A DNA stretch of 64,000 nt from Promethearchaeota archaeon (GTDB lineage Archaea; Asgardarchaeota; Lokiarchaeia; Sigyniarchaeales; SOKP01), in contig JBHLLT010000002.1 of NCBI GenBank assembly GCA_048938855.1, forward strand, positions 396,780 to 460,779. Direction: 5' to 3'. The notes under the pieces are model-generated. The model made no database searches. It was not told where the DNA came from and worked only from the letters and a program-made list of their open reading frames with translations. Below are positions 37,283-48,076 of this stretch, piece by piece (position 1 is the first letter of the stretch; every line of letters begins with the position of its first letter). The translations under genes were made by a program, and so were the position numbers.

Positions 37283-38548
37283 ATGTCAGAGAAAAAAATT
37301 TATGATGTATGTATAATTGGTGCTGGTCCAGCTGGATCAACATGTGCTTATTATTTAGCCCAAAAAAGACTAAATCCATTAGTATTGGAAAAAAAAGAAT
37401 TTCCCAGAGATAAGATATGTGGTGATGCATTTCCTCAACGTGCTCAGATTCATCTTGAAAGGATGGGAATATTACAAAAGTTAGTAGAAGAAAATAAAGG
37501 TCGATGGGCTGCTCAAGGAGGAATAGTCAGCCCTAGTGGAATTGTGTATACAGGAGATTCATATGTCCAAACTAAATCACATTTAGTCATATCAGTCAAA
37601 AGAAAAATCATGGACGAGATGCTTATAAAAACAGCAGTTCAGGCAGGGACGACCTTAGTAGAGAATTATGCTGTCAAGGAAGTAGTTTTTGATGAAAATG
37701 AGGGACATTGGACTATACATCAGAAAGAAGGAGCAAACCAGACTTATCATGCTAAAAGCCTAATTCTGGCTGATGGTGCATCTTCCCGTATTGCTCAATC
37801 ATTAGGAATCATAAAAGATCCACCACAAGCAGTCTGTAGTCGAGCTTATGTGAAAGCAGGAACCTATAGGTTTGATCAAGATGGTGTGTGCGTGATTACT
37901 AAAGATCTTGTTCCAGGTTACTGTGCATTAATGAAAGAAGCAGATGATGATTTAGTATTTTGTTGCTACATTATTCCTTTTGGAAAAACTCGAACTGATA
38001 ATTTATATCAAATACACCACGACATACTTCAAAATGATCCATTCATAAGTGAAGCCTTAGGCCCTAATGCAGAACTTGAGGATATGAAAGCCGCTCCTAT
38101 TCGATTTGGTGGAGTACCTCAAAGTTATGATAATCATTTACTCATTGTTGGAGATGCTGCAGGGATGATTGATCCCTTAACGGGAGAGGGATTACAGTAT
38201 GCGATGGATGCTGCTGAAATCGCAGCTAATACTATTTTTGAAGCATTTCAAAAGAAAAACTTTACTAAAAAATTTCTTAAACGGTATCAAAAAAGATGGA
38301 TGAAGAGTTTTGGTAAAGATTTTAAGTGGTCGACTCGCATGGCTCGTTTCTGTGCAAAACACCCAATATTTTTTGATGCTTTTGCTTCTTTAAGTCAAAA
38401 AAAGGGAGATAAATTCATGGTTGAGTGGGGAAAAATTATGACGGGTTCAAAGAAAAAACTAAATTTCTTTCTTCCAAAGCTCGCATTCCCCTTACTTTTT
38501 GAAACTATACGACTGAAACGCAAGTTCAAGAAAGAGAAGATAAATTGA
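37283..38548 (+). CDS. Geranylgeranyl reductase family FAD oxidoreductase
   Basis: IIGAGPAG, FPRDKICGD, ADG, VGDAAGMIDPLTGEGL. Confidence 0.88.
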   Translation: MSEKKIYDVCIIGAGPAGSTCAYYLAQKRLNPLVLEKKEFPRDKICGDAFPQRAQIHLERMGILQKLVEENKGRWAAQGGIVSPSGIVYTGDSYVQTKSHLVISVKRKIMDEMLIKTAVQAGTTLVENYAVKEVVFDENEGHWTIHQKEGANQTYHAKSLILADGASSRIAQSLGIIKDPPQAVCSRAYVKAGTYRFDQDGVCVITKDLVPGYCALMKEADDDLVFCCYIIPFGKTRTDNLYQIHHDILQNDPFISEALGPNAELEDMKAAPIRFGGVPQSYDNHLLIVGDAAGMIDPLTGEGLQYAMDAAEIAANTIFEAFQKKNFTKKFLKRYQKRWMKSFGKDFKWSTRMARFCAKHPIFFDAFASLSQKKGDKFMVEWGKIMTGSKKKLNFFLPKLAFPLLFETIRLKRKFKKEKIN

Positions 38549-38722
38549 AAGTAGTTAATCTCCTTTATTCCGGTAATTTTCCTTTAATCTATTCCGCAAG
38601 TTATGCGGATTCTCCTGAGTAATATAGAAATTCAAATTATTAAAAATGAACTAGTCGGTATTAAAATAGATATTATACTAAATAATTATAATAGTGATTA
38701 AAATTATTTTTTATTGATCTTT

Positions 38723-41629
38723 ATGCCTCCAGCAAAAAAGAAAAAACTAGATGATAAGGAACAGACTTCACTTTTTTCCTTTGTTGATAAGAAAGACGAA
38801 AAAAAAGAAGAAACTCCAAAAACCGCTAAAGAGCCTAAAACTGAAAAGTTTAAGGAAGAAAAAATTACTAAAAAAGAACCAACTAGAGTGAAGGAAAAAA
38901 CAAAAGAAGTGCCATCCACCTTATATTTCAAAGGAAACGATGAACCTTTTGGTTTAAAAGAAGGAAATATTAAACTAACTAAAGTCTTAAGGGAGAGTTT
39001 TTCTTCAAAATACATCCGATATCTTATTGAGAAAATGGAAATCAATGAAGATTTGGAACGAGGTCTTTTATTAGATGTAGATTATGATGGCGGGCAAAAT
39101 AAAGCATATTGCAAATTTTATGATTTAGATTCCAATGATATAAAGATCTGGATCGATACAACTGACCATGAACCTTATTGCTTAAGCAAAGAATCAATTT
39201 CCGAACTGAAAAAACTAACTTACACAGAAACTACTGGTCAGAAAAAAAATCTGAGAGAGTATGAAGGATTTAATAGATTTGAAGAAATACATCGCTTCGA
39301 TTTATTGAGTGATCAAGAAATTGATATGACTAAGATATATGGAAAAACTCCAACAAATATTGGAGGTTCTGGAATAAATATACGTAATATTTTAGGTAGT
39401 AATGAAAAAAAAGCGTGGGAGGCAGACATCAGGTATCATTTGAACTATATATTTGATAGACAATTAATTCCTGGGCTTATTTATAAAGTTAAAAACGGGA
39501 AGCTACACAAATTAAATTTTAAAGAAATTGATGACAATTCTAGAAGCATGGCTAATGAGCTTCGAGAATTATTTAAAAATGAGTCTCAAGAAATTCAAGA
39601 ATTTAGTGAAGAGTTTTCAGATATATTTATCACTCCAATTCCAGAAGTTAAACGTATGGCTATGGATATTGAGGTAATGGTTGGTGAAAGAGATTATAAA
39701 ATACCAGATCCGCGTTTAGCAAGAGAAGAAGTTATTAGTATATCATTTGTAGCAACAGATGGCTTAAAAAAAGTCTATATGCTAGAAAGGGAGGGATATA
39801 AATTTGAGAAATTTCATGAAGACTTTCCTCCTGATGCTACGGTAATTTTTTTCAAATCTGAAAAAGATTTATTAACTGAAACTTTTCGTCTTATTTGGGA
39901 CTATCCCATTCTACTTACATTTAATGGTGATAATTTTGATTTAAATTATTTATTTCACAGAGCTGAAAAATTGAAGATCGATAAAGACTTAAACCCAATC
40001 CATGTAAAACGTGGTTTTGGAATTTTATCTAAAGCTGAATGTGATTTACGTAGAGGAATACATATAGATTTATTCAATCTCTTTTTCAATAGAAGTATCT
40101 CCGGATATGCATTTGGAGGTGCTTATGAAAGCGCATCTCTTAATGCCATTAGTGCTGCTTTATTAGGTGAAGAAAAATATCAGCATGATGAGATAATTCA
40201 TGAAATGGAATATGATATTCTTTCATGGTATAATCTTAAAGATTCAATCTTAACCTTAGATTTAACGCGATTTAATAATTCGTTGGTTTGGAATCTGATA
40301 ATCCTTTTGTGCAGAATAACAAAAATGCCCATTCATGATATGATCCGAAGGCAAATTTCAACATGGATTCAAAATATCTTTTACTTTGAACATCGCCGAA
40401 AGCAAGCCCTTATTCCGCGTCGATCAGAAATCAAGGAAGTTAAACCAGGAGGAATTTTATCATCTAAATTCGACGATGAAAAGTTTCTTGGCGCCTATGT
40501 TGTTCAACCAATTCCAGGAATCCATTTTGATGTAGTTGTTATGGATTTTGCCTCACTATATCCTTCAATTATTAAGGAATATAACCTATCGTATGAGACA
40601 GTACTATGTCCGCATAAAGATGATAAAGATAATATGGTGAGGGGAACTCCTTATCATATTTGTACTCATAAAATGGGAATATTTGCGTATGTTGTGGGTT
40701 TCTTCAGAGATATAAGAGTAAAATATTTCAAACCGAAATCAAGTGATAAATCTTTGTCAGAAAAACAACGGAGTTATTATCTAACAATTCAACAAGCACT
40801 TAAAGTGTTCATTAATGGTTCTTATGGGGTTTTTGGCTCTCAAAATTTTCCACTATTTTGCTTACCTGTAGCAGAAAGTACAACTGGAATAGGTCAATAT
40901 TCAATAAAACAAACGATAAATAAAGCGCAAGAGTTAGGAGTAGAAGTACTGTATGGTGATACAGATTCTGTTTTTCTTAAAAACCCTTCAAAATCTCAAA
41001 TGAAAGAAATATCGGAATGGAGTAAAAAGGAGCTTGATCTTGATTTAGAAGAAGAAAAAACTTATCAATTTTTAGCACTTTCAGAAAGAAAAAAGAATTA
41101 TGTTGGAATTTATAAAGATACCAAATACACTGATATAAAAGGTTTGGTAGCCAAGAAAAAAAATACTCCAGAATTTATTAAAACTGTATTTAGTGAATTA
41201 ATTGACATCTTGAAAACTATAACCAATAATAGTGAATTTTTGAAAGCTAAAGATAAGATCATTGAAATTGTGAGAACCAATATAAAAAAGATTGGAAAAC
41301 CAGACACATTCAGTCTGGAAGAATATGCCATCAATATCGCTTTACAAAAAGATCTTAGAAGTTACACTAAAGTAGTACCTCAACATGTAAGAGCTGCATT
41401 AGAATTACGCGATGTAACCGGAAAGGAATTTCAGAAAGGTGAAACTATAAGTTTTATTAAAAGTAAAGGAAATATTGGAGCAAAAGCATTGGAATTGGCT
41501 AAACTCCAAGATATCGATACCAAAAAATATAAAGAGCTTTTAATTTCAGCATTAGAACAAGTATTAGATGCATTGGGTATTACTTATGATGATATTAAGG
41601 GAATAAAGAAGATGGATGCTTTTTTCTAA
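38723..41629 (+). CDS. polB: Family B DNA polymerase, archaeal PolB1-like
   Basis: Exo motifs DIE, FNGDNFD, YNLKD; pol motifs DFASLYPSII..YNLSYETV, KVFINGSYG, YGDTDS; no intein. Confidence 0.95.
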   Translation: MPPAKKKKLDDKEQTSLFSFVDKKDEKKEETPKTAKEPKTEKFKEEKITKKEPTRVKEKTKEVPSTLYFKGNDEPFGLKEGNIKLTKVLRESFSSKYIRYLIEKMEINEDLERGLLLDVDYDGGQNKAYCKFYDLDSNDIKIWIDTTDHEPYCLSKESISELKKLTYTETTGQKKNLREYEGFNRFEEIHRFDLLSDQEIDMTKIYGKTPTNIGGSGINIRNILGSNEKKAWEADIRYHLNYIFDRQLIPGLIYKVKNGKLHKLNFKEIDDNSRSMANELRELFKNESQEIQEFSEEFSDIFITPIPEVKRMAMDIEVMVGERDYKIPDPRLAREEVISISFVATDGLKKVYMLEREGYKFEKFHEDFPPDATVIFFKSEKDLLTETFRLIWDYPILLTFNGDNFDLNYLFHRAEKLKIDKDLNPIHVKRGFGILSKAECDLRRGIHIDLFNLFFNRSISGYAFGGAYESASLNAISAALLGEEKYQHDEIIHEMEYDILSWYNLKDSILTLDLTRFNNSLVWNLIILLCRITKMPIHDMIRRQISTWIQNIFYFEHRRKQALIPRRSEIKEVKPGGILSSKFDDEKFLGAYVVQPIPGIHFDVVVMDFASLYPSIIKEYNLSYETVLCPHKDDKDNMVRGTPYHICTHKMGIFAYVVGFFRDIRVKYFKPKSSDKSLSEKQRSYYLTIQQALKVFINGSYGVFGSQNFPLFCLPVAESTTGIGQYSIKQTINKAQELGVEVLYGDTDSVFLKNPSKSQMKEISEWSKKELDLDLEEEKTYQFLALSERKKNYVGIYKDTKYTDIKGLVAKKKNTPEFIKTVFSELIDILKTITNNSEFLKAKDKIIEIVRTNIKKIGKPDTFSLEEYAINIALQKDLRSYTKVVPQHVRAALELRDVTGKEFQKGETISFIKSKGNIGAKALELAKLQDIDTKKYKELLISALEQVLDALGITYDDIKGIKKMDAFF

Positions 41630-41676
41630 ATTCTTCAATTTCTATCGTTTTAGGAGCAATTTCACAATAAAAAAAG

Positions 41677-42162
41677 TCAAGCTTCAAAATTGGCTATTTC
41701 CGCTCCACAAGCATCGCAATATTTAGCTGATTCATTTATAGGAGTTCTACAGTTTGGACACAATTTTCTTTTAACTATTTGATTACTTTCTGTTTCCTCA
41801 GGATGTGGGGGTGGAATATCTTTATTAGATATATCAACATATATTGTACTCCAAATTCTTTGGAGTGGTAATTTATTTCCATGAGTTGGACAAATTGTTC
41901 TAACCAACATCCAAGGTCCAGATGTTTTGATACTTCGAGTAGTAGTTTCTCGCCCGCATTTATAACATGTAAAAAATCCCTTGCGAATACTAGGAATAAA
42001 TTGATTTTTTTGCAATAAAGGAATTTTAATTAGCTTTTCTCCATGTTTAAGACACCTATGTTTAATGTAAATATTATTTCCTTCAACTTTTAAGAAAAAG
42101 ATAGCACCAGGGACACCGCATTTAGGGCAGTTAAAAAGTTTTTCATCAACAGATAGAGCCAT
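41677..42162 (-). CDS. Multi metal-finger protein: two CxxC..CxxHG units plus a C-terminal zinc ribbon
   Basis: CPKC..CLKHG, CYKC..CPTHG, CPNC..CDACG. Confidence 0.8.
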   Translation of the reverse strand: MALSVDEKLFNCPKCGVPGAIFFLKVEGNNIYIKHRCLKHGEKLIKIPLLQKNQFIPSIRKGFFTCYKCGRETTTRSIKTSGPWMLVRTICPTHGNKLPLQRIWSTIYVDISNKDIPPPHPEETESNQIVKRKLCPNCRTPINESAKYCDACGAEIANFEA

Positions 42163-42270
42163 TATATTTACTCATTATTCTTGATTAATTAAAAACAAAA
42201 AAATACCCCCTTAAATTTTTGTTGGATTCAAAAGAAGATATATGTAATATATGGTAGGATAAGATTAATC

Positions 42271-43353
42271 TCATAGTGTATAATATAAAATTCCCATAAA
42301 TAAAGCACAAAATAATGGATTCAAAATGTTATCATCCACTTTAAGATTTAAAAAATCAACTATAAAAAAAACAGTCGCTCCTACAAGTGATATTATTAGT
42401 ATTTTTGAAAGATTTAGAATATTTTGCTCAAATATGGTTAAAACTATAACACATATTCCAAGAGATACTAAGAATCCAGATACATATCCAACTAATGTTT
42501 TATTTGAAGATTTTGGAATATGAAATCTGCCAAATCTAAGTCCAAATATTGATGCCGCACCATCTCCTAAGGTTGAAATTAATGCCACAGCGGTAAATAT
42601 TCCAAAGGGTAGGAAAAGTGTAGGTACAAGAGATAAAACTAGGGCCACAGGTCTTGTAAACTCATAGATTTCATTTTTCTTTAAAGTTTTTCCTAGAAGA
42701 TTAGAGATGCAGGTAGGTAGTAAATGATAGATATTCTTTTTATTGAAAATATGAGATAAACGAATATAATCTAAAGCAGCAAATATGATCACACCTGTAT
42801 AACCAACTGTTAATATTAAAAAGATACCATATTCTGTCCCTGAAATCCCCCAAAATGAGTCAACATCCCACATCGCATCCCAAATATAAACTGCAAATAA
42901 CCATAAAAAAATAATGATCACTGCAGGTAATAAATGAAATGCTTTTCTGTGAATATCCGTCTTTAAAGCGATATTTCTATTATTAAGATTCTTTACATCC
43001 ATTAACGTAAATCGATTTACAAACTTATCTATAGTTCGATCATCTCTAATGTTTGGTTTCTTCTTTAATATAAATTGATATTGAAAGAACAAAATAGACA
43101 AAACTAACAAGGGTGCATAAATACATATGATTTGAAGAGCTAGCCCTTCAAACCATTTTACTTGACTCGTATCTCTCACAAAAAAGAACGGAAAAACAAC
43201 ACCAGCAACTACCCACAAGATTGATATCAAAATTGAATTTGTAAGATTATGGTCAGGATACTTTTTTCTCAATTTTAAAGCATAACATAGATGAGTAATC
43301 CCATTACCTATATAAAAAATCGTAACTGGGAAAGTAAGATAATTATAAACCAT
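42271..43353 (-). CDS. CTP-dependent polyprenol/DAG kinase-like membrane protein (dolichol/phytol kinase family)
   Basis: RKAFH, LGDGAASIFG, NKTLVG, DDNILNP. Confidence 0.82.
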   Translation of the reverse strand: MVYNYLTFPVTIFYIGNGITHLCYALKLRKKYPDHNLTNSILISILWVVAGVVFPFFFVRDTSQVKWFEGLALQIICIYAPLLVLSILFFQYQFILKKKPNIRDDRTIDKFVNRFTLMDVKNLNNRNIALKTDIHRKAFHLLPAVIIIFLWLFAVYIWDAMWDVDSFWGISGTEYGIFLILTVGYTGVIIFAALDYIRLSHIFNKKNIYHLLPTCISNLLGKTLKKNEIYEFTRPVALVLSLVPTLFLPFGIFTAVALISTLGDGAASIFGLRFGRFHIPKSSNKTLVGYVSGFLVSLGICVIVLTIFEQNILNLSKILIISLVGATVFFIVDFLNLKVDDNILNPLFCALFMGILYYTL

Positions 43354-43438
43354 AGTATTACTAAAACATGATTTTAAAAATACGTTATGAAAAAAGGAAA
43401 AATAAATTATATGTAAAAATAATTGAAAAATAATATTA

Positions 43439-43726
43439 CTAAAGCCCTAAAAGCAAAATATCATCAATCGTTTTATGGAGTTTTTTTACATTTTCTTCGC
43501 CAAGGGTTTTTTCCACTTCAGTCTTTACTCCAAGAAATAAGCCAATTCCAGAGATCAGAGCATTTTGGATCAAGTTATTAAATCCGCTCTTATCTCCCTT
43601 TACATCTTTAAACTCCTCAACACGCTTAAGCATCGCCTCTTCATACTCTTTAGCAGTGTTTGTTCGAAGCTCTGCGAGTTTTCTTATCCTCATTTCGTCT
43701 TTATCTTTAATGATTTCTTCTGGCAT
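43439..43726 (-). CDS. Small helical hypothetical protein abutting tes
   Basis: ATG immediately follows the tes stop (TAG ATG). Confidence 0.75.
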   Translation of the reverse strand: MPEEIIKDKDEMRIRKLAELRTNTAKEYEEAMLKRVEEFKDVKGDKSGFNNLIQNALISGIGLFLGVKTEVEKTLGEENVKKLHKTIDDILLLGL

Positions 43727-45466
43727 CTAAGTATCATCACCCTTTTTAATTCCGCCATTACGGGCTACTTCATGTTCAATTTCTGCTACTGCTTGACCCG
43801 TAGAAGTGTCAAACTCGTTTTTAATCTTAGCAGTAACTTGTTTTGCAATTTGCTTTTCGATAATAGGTCTGTGAAGCGTGTTCATCGTGCAGAATGATAC
43901 TTCCTTGACGCTTCCATCTGGCATTGCTATTCCGAAGTGCACTATACATCTTTTCGTCCTTTCAATGTCCATATTATATGCATCTTGAAAATGCATGCTT
44001 GACAATAATAGCGCACCATAACTGAATGAACTAACACTCTCCCAATCACCTCGCATTAACAAACGACTAAACATTTCCATTAACTTTCCAGGTTTCTTGG
44101 TATATTGTAAAACCCCAAGCAAAAAACGAGCACGAAGTTGAGTTTTATCCAAGAAGTTTAATCCTTTATCCAAAGTCTCTCCGATCCCTCCTCCTAAAAG
44201 ATCAGTAAAAAGTTTAAGCGGTTTCTTTTCTTTATGCCTAATTTTTTCCCAAAATCTATTAGCGAAATCGATAACTTTTAATGGGTCAAAATACTCCATG
44301 ATTGGCATCATCTCGCCAGAATCAGGATCTACTATCATATATGAGGCGAATCCACAATCTGGATGGCAGGTAAACTCGATAGGTTCAACATCTGCTAAGT
44401 AAGCAATGACTCTGCCTAGCTCTACAATGGTTGTTAAGGGATACCATGCATTTTCCATGCTAATCTTTCCCCCTGTTTGCTGTTCTATGATCTTAAGTAC
44501 ATCAGCGTTTGTTATCCTTAAATCCTGTCGTTCTTCAAAAGCAATTCGACCACATAAGGACACGGGTTGAAAAGTAATACCCCGCACTACATCAACATTA
44601 TCAATTGCATATTGAATAATATTTCCAACTTCAATATCAGTTACACCTTTGGCAATTGTAGCTACAAGTACAATAGAGTCAAGTCCAGCTTTTCTACAAT
44701 TGTCTATAACTCTTTGTTTATAAGCCATCAGATTCTTGATTCCACGAGTTTTTTCATAGGTCACATCATTAATTCCATCAAATTGGAAATATAATGTATC
44801 TAAACCGGCTTCTTTTACTTTTTTAGTCCATTCGAGACCACCGTTTTTACGACTAAATCCATATCCATTTGTAGCAACAATAACTTCTTTAAATCCATTA
44901 TCTTTAGCCATTCTACAGATTTCAGGAAAATCCTTTCGAACTGTTGGCTCACCACCAGTAAACATAATAGCAACAGCGGGCATAGGTTTACTTCTAAAAT
45001 GTTTCATAATCCTATCAATTTCTTCTAATGTGGGTTCAACAAGGTATCCACTCTGAAGAACGTTTGCATAGCAAAAGTTACAGTTAAAATTACAACGATT
45101 TGTAAGATCTATTAATGCTAATGAGCATGTTGAGAGGTGTTGGTCGCATAATCCACAATTATAGGGACATCCTCTTGGATCTTCCCCTACACAATCAGGG
45201 GGATTTGCTTCGCCATCTTTATCAAATTTCCATACAACATTTCCATCTTTATCTTTTATTGCCCAGTGAGTCCACTTATAATATTTAGCACTCGAACTCA
45301 ACTTATCTTTAAACTCTCCGTGTTCTTCGCAAGACTTTTTCATCCAAATTTGATCATTTTCTTCATATACTTCCGCATCAATAGGTTCTAAACATTCTGG
45401 GCAAATACTACGTGTTTTTCTATAATAAGGTACGTTTATATACTCATCATCATCTAAATGGTACAT
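43727..45466 (-). CDS. tes: Tetraether lipid synthase (Tes/GDGT-MAS, MJ0619 family radical SAM)
   Basis: TRSICPEC..CEEHG, CPYNCGLC..H, DLTNRCNFNCNFC, CHPDCG, HFQDAYNMDIERTKRC, FCTMN. Confidence 0.88.
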   Translation of the reverse strand: MYHLDDDEYINVPYYRKTRSICPECLEPIDAEVYEENDQIWMKKSCEEHGEFKDKLSSSAKYYKWTHWAIKDKDGNVVWKFDKDGEANPPDCVGEDPRGCPYNCGLCDQHLSTCSLALIDLTNRCNFNCNFCYANVLQSGYLVEPTLEEIDRIMKHFRSKPMPAVAIMFTGGEPTVRKDFPEICRMAKDNGFKEVIVATNGYGFSRKNGGLEWTKKVKEAGLDTLYFQFDGINDVTYEKTRGIKNLMAYKQRVIDNCRKAGLDSIVLVATIAKGVTDIEVGNIIQYAIDNVDVVRGITFQPVSLCGRIAFEERQDLRITNADVLKIIEQQTGGKISMENAWYPLTTIVELGRVIAYLADVEPIEFTCHPDCGFASYMIVDPDSGEMMPIMEYFDPLKVIDFANRFWEKIRHKEKKPLKLFTDLLGGGIGETLDKGLNFLDKTQLRARFLLGVLQYTKKPGKLMEMFSRLLMRGDWESVSSFSYGALLLSSMHFQDAYNMDIERTKRCIVHFGIAMPDGSVKEVSFCTMNTLHRPIIEKQIAKQVTAKIKNEFDTSTGQAVAEIEHEVARNGGIKKGDDT

Positions 45467-45725
45467 CTTTTGTGTTCTCCAAATTTTAATATTTTATTAA
45501 AATAAGTGTTTATACAAAGATGCAATTGATAATTTATAAAGAAAATCCAACAATTGATATTATTACAAATAATATTAGGAAAGTTCGTAAAGATCAGAAA
45601 TTAAAGATTTCTCTCATTCTAATCCTTAATTCTGAAGACTTTTAAATTTTCTAAATTGTTATAGTTTTAAGTAAATCTTTATTTTAAAACAAACTAGTAA
45701 ATAATAAAGTAAAATAGGAAATGCG

Positions 45726-47114
45726 ATGAGAAAATTGAATAATATAAATTCGGGCTTTATAAACGATCTTAATATGATTTTAGCTACAGATTTCTACCAA
45801 CTTACAATGGGGGCGGCATATTACCAATATAATCTTGAAAATGAAATTGATGAGAATACAGAAATCGCAACCTTTGAGTTATTTATTAGAAAACTTCCAA
45901 GAAATCGAAATTTCTTAATTTTTGCAGGATTGGAGCAAATAATCCAATATATAATTAATGCTAGATTTAATGAGCGAACAATTGAGTTTTTAAGAAAGAA
46001 AGAAGTCTTTGGAAATATTGATCCAAGTTTTTTTGATGAGTATCTACCAAATTTTAAATTTAAATTGGATGTATGGGCTATGAAAGAAGGAAACTTCTTT
46101 TTCCCAAACGAGCCAATAGTCAGAGTACAAGGTCCAATGTTTCATGCTCAACTCGTTGAAACTTACTTACTTAATGTAATTAATTTCCAGACATTAATTG
46201 CCTCTAAAGCATCCAGAATAAAGAATGTAGCTCCAGACAAAGTACTCCTTGAATTTGGAACGAGAAGATCTCATAGTCCACTTGCAGGGGTGTATGCTGC
46301 TAGAGCAAGTTATATTGCTGGATTTAATGGTACTAGCAATGTGTTGGCAGACCTTGAATTAGGTATAAATTCGTCCGGAACTATGGCTCATAGTTTTATT
46401 CAGAAGTTTGATAATGAGTTAGATAGTTTTAATTCATATTATAAAATCTATGGTAAGAATTCTATACTTTTAATAGATACATATGATACTGAGAAGGCTG
46501 CTCAAAAGTCAACCAAATTTGGAAATAATATAAGAGGGGTTAGAATAGATTCTGGTGATTTAATCGAGCATGCCAAAAACGTTCGAAGTATTTTAGATAG
46601 TAATGGCTGTGAAGAAGTCATAATTGTAGCAAGTTCCGATTTAAATGAATATAAAATAAAAGAAATTATTGATAAGGACGCACCTATAGACGCGTTTGGA
46701 ATAGGGACAGAATTAGCAACATCAAGAGATGATCCTTCCATTGCGGGTGTATATAAATTGATGGAATACAATGGAATTCCAAAAATTAAAATTAGTGAAG
46801 AAAAAGTCACCTATCCCGGAGTAAAACAAATTCATAGAATATATGATGAAGATGGCTTTTTTAAAAATGACAAATTATGTCTTAAAAATGAAAAATCTCC
46901 TCCCAATTCTGAGTTACTTCTCATTCCTATTATGAAAGATGGAGAAATAATAAAAAAATTACCAAATTTAGAAGAAATTCAACAATTTTACTTAGATAAT
47001 ATTAAGAAATTACCAGTCTCTTATAAGAAATTAGAAGTAGTCGACATATTCGAATTAAAAATTTCAGATAAGCTACAAAATCTTTCAAAATCTCTAAAAC
47101 TCAATTATCGTTAA
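45726..47114 (+). CDS. pncB: Nicotinate phosphoribosyltransferase
   Basis: TDFYQLTM, EFGTRR, GTSN, GTMAHS, LIDTYD, RIDSGD, FGIGT, VYKL. Confidence 0.95.
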   Translation: MRKLNNINSGFINDLNMILATDFYQLTMGAAYYQYNLENEIDENTEIATFELFIRKLPRNRNFLIFAGLEQIIQYIINARFNERTIEFLRKKEVFGNIDPSFFDEYLPNFKFKLDVWAMKEGNFFFPNEPIVRVQGPMFHAQLVETYLLNVINFQTLIASKASRIKNVAPDKVLLEFGTRRSHSPLAGVYAARASYIAGFNGTSNVLADLELGINSSGTMAHSFIQKFDNELDSFNSYYKIYGKNSILLIDTYDTEKAAQKSTKFGNNIRGVRIDSGDLIEHAKNVRSILDSNGCEEVIIVASSDLNEYKIKEIIDKDAPIDAFGIGTELATSRDDPSIAGVYKLMEYNGIPKIKISEEKVTYPGVKQIHRIYDEDGFFKNDKLCLKNEKSPPNSELLLIPIMKDGEIIKKLPNLEEIQQFYLDNIKKLPVSYKKLEVVDIFELKISDKLQNLSKSLKLNYR

Positions 47115-48010
47115 TTTTTGAAATCAATATTTGTTAATTTAACACTTACATCCCAGAGTTGTTTAGCAACATCCGTATCATATGATATTTTCACAGATCT
47201 CTTTTCTTTTCTCTTTTTGAAATATTTTCCACTTATTCCATCAATTTCTGGAGATGAAGCAAGGTATACTGGTGTTTTTGCGCCTTTTTTTGGGGTTAAC
47301 ATAAATAAACCAATTAAATGATAGAAATATTTGACAAAGGGGCGATATTTACGTATCATATTTGTTTTAACATATCCTGGGTGAAGGCAATTTACTGAGA
47401 CCCCTGAACCTTCGACTTTTTTAGCAAATTCATATGTAAAAAGGACAACTGCTAACTTTGATTGAGAATATGCTCTCCATTGACTATAATGATGGTCTCC
47501 ATATAAGTCCTCAAAATCGATAGATTTTGCTTGAACACTTGAAGCTACATTTACAATCCGAGCGTGTTTACTTTTCTTTAGTTTTTCAAATAATAAATTA
47601 CAGAGCATAAAATGTGCTAAATAATTTACGGCAAAAGTTGTTTCAATTCCGTCTTCTGTAAAAGTTTGCTTATGTAAATTAACACCAGCATTATTAATTA
47701 AAACGTGTAATTCATCATACTTATTATTGATTTCTGATACAAGTTTATGAATGCTCTTTTGAGATGATAAATCCGCTAAAATTAAATCAATAGACTCATT
47801 TCCAGTTTCTTTTTTAATTTCTGCTATTGCGTTTTCTGCTCGAGCTTTGTCTCGGCATACCAACACTAATGAAGCACCTAATTTTGCTAGACCGATCGCA
47901 GTTGCCTTACCAATTCCCGAATTAGCACCCGTAATCATACAAACTTTTCCTTTCATTATTTTGGCTTTGTCATTATACATTATAGCCATTACCAATCGTT
48001 CAAAATACAC
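47111..48010 (-). CDS. Short-chain dehydrogenase/reductase (retinol dehydrogenase-like); true start likely a downstream ATG
   Basis: TGANSGIG, NNAG, YSQSK, HPG. Confidence 0.92.
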   Translation of the reverse strand: MYFERLVMAIMYNDKAKIMKGKVCMITGANSGIGKATAIGLAKLGASLVLVCRDKARAENAIAEIKKETGNESIDLILADLSSQKSIHKLVSEINNKYDELHVLINNAGVNLHKQTFTEDGIETTFAVNYLAHFMLCNLLFEKLKKSKHARIVNVASSVQAKSIDFEDLYGDHHYSQWRAYSQSKLAVVLFTYEFAKKVEGSGVSVNCLHPGYVKTNMIRKYRPFVKYFYHLIGLFMLTPKKGAKTPVYLASSPEIDGISGKYFKKRKEKRSVKISYDTDVAKQLWDVSVKLTNIDFKN

Positions 48011-48076
48011 TTAATTTCCTAATTATAAAGAATAGAATAAGTAGGAAAATAATGTAAAACTAATAAAACCTACTTC

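Noticed and set aside
38593-38609. Hairpin TCCGCA-AGTTA-TGCGGA between the GGR-family gene and polB
   Set aside because: Only a 6-bp stem with no U-tract or second copy; insufficient evidence for a function.
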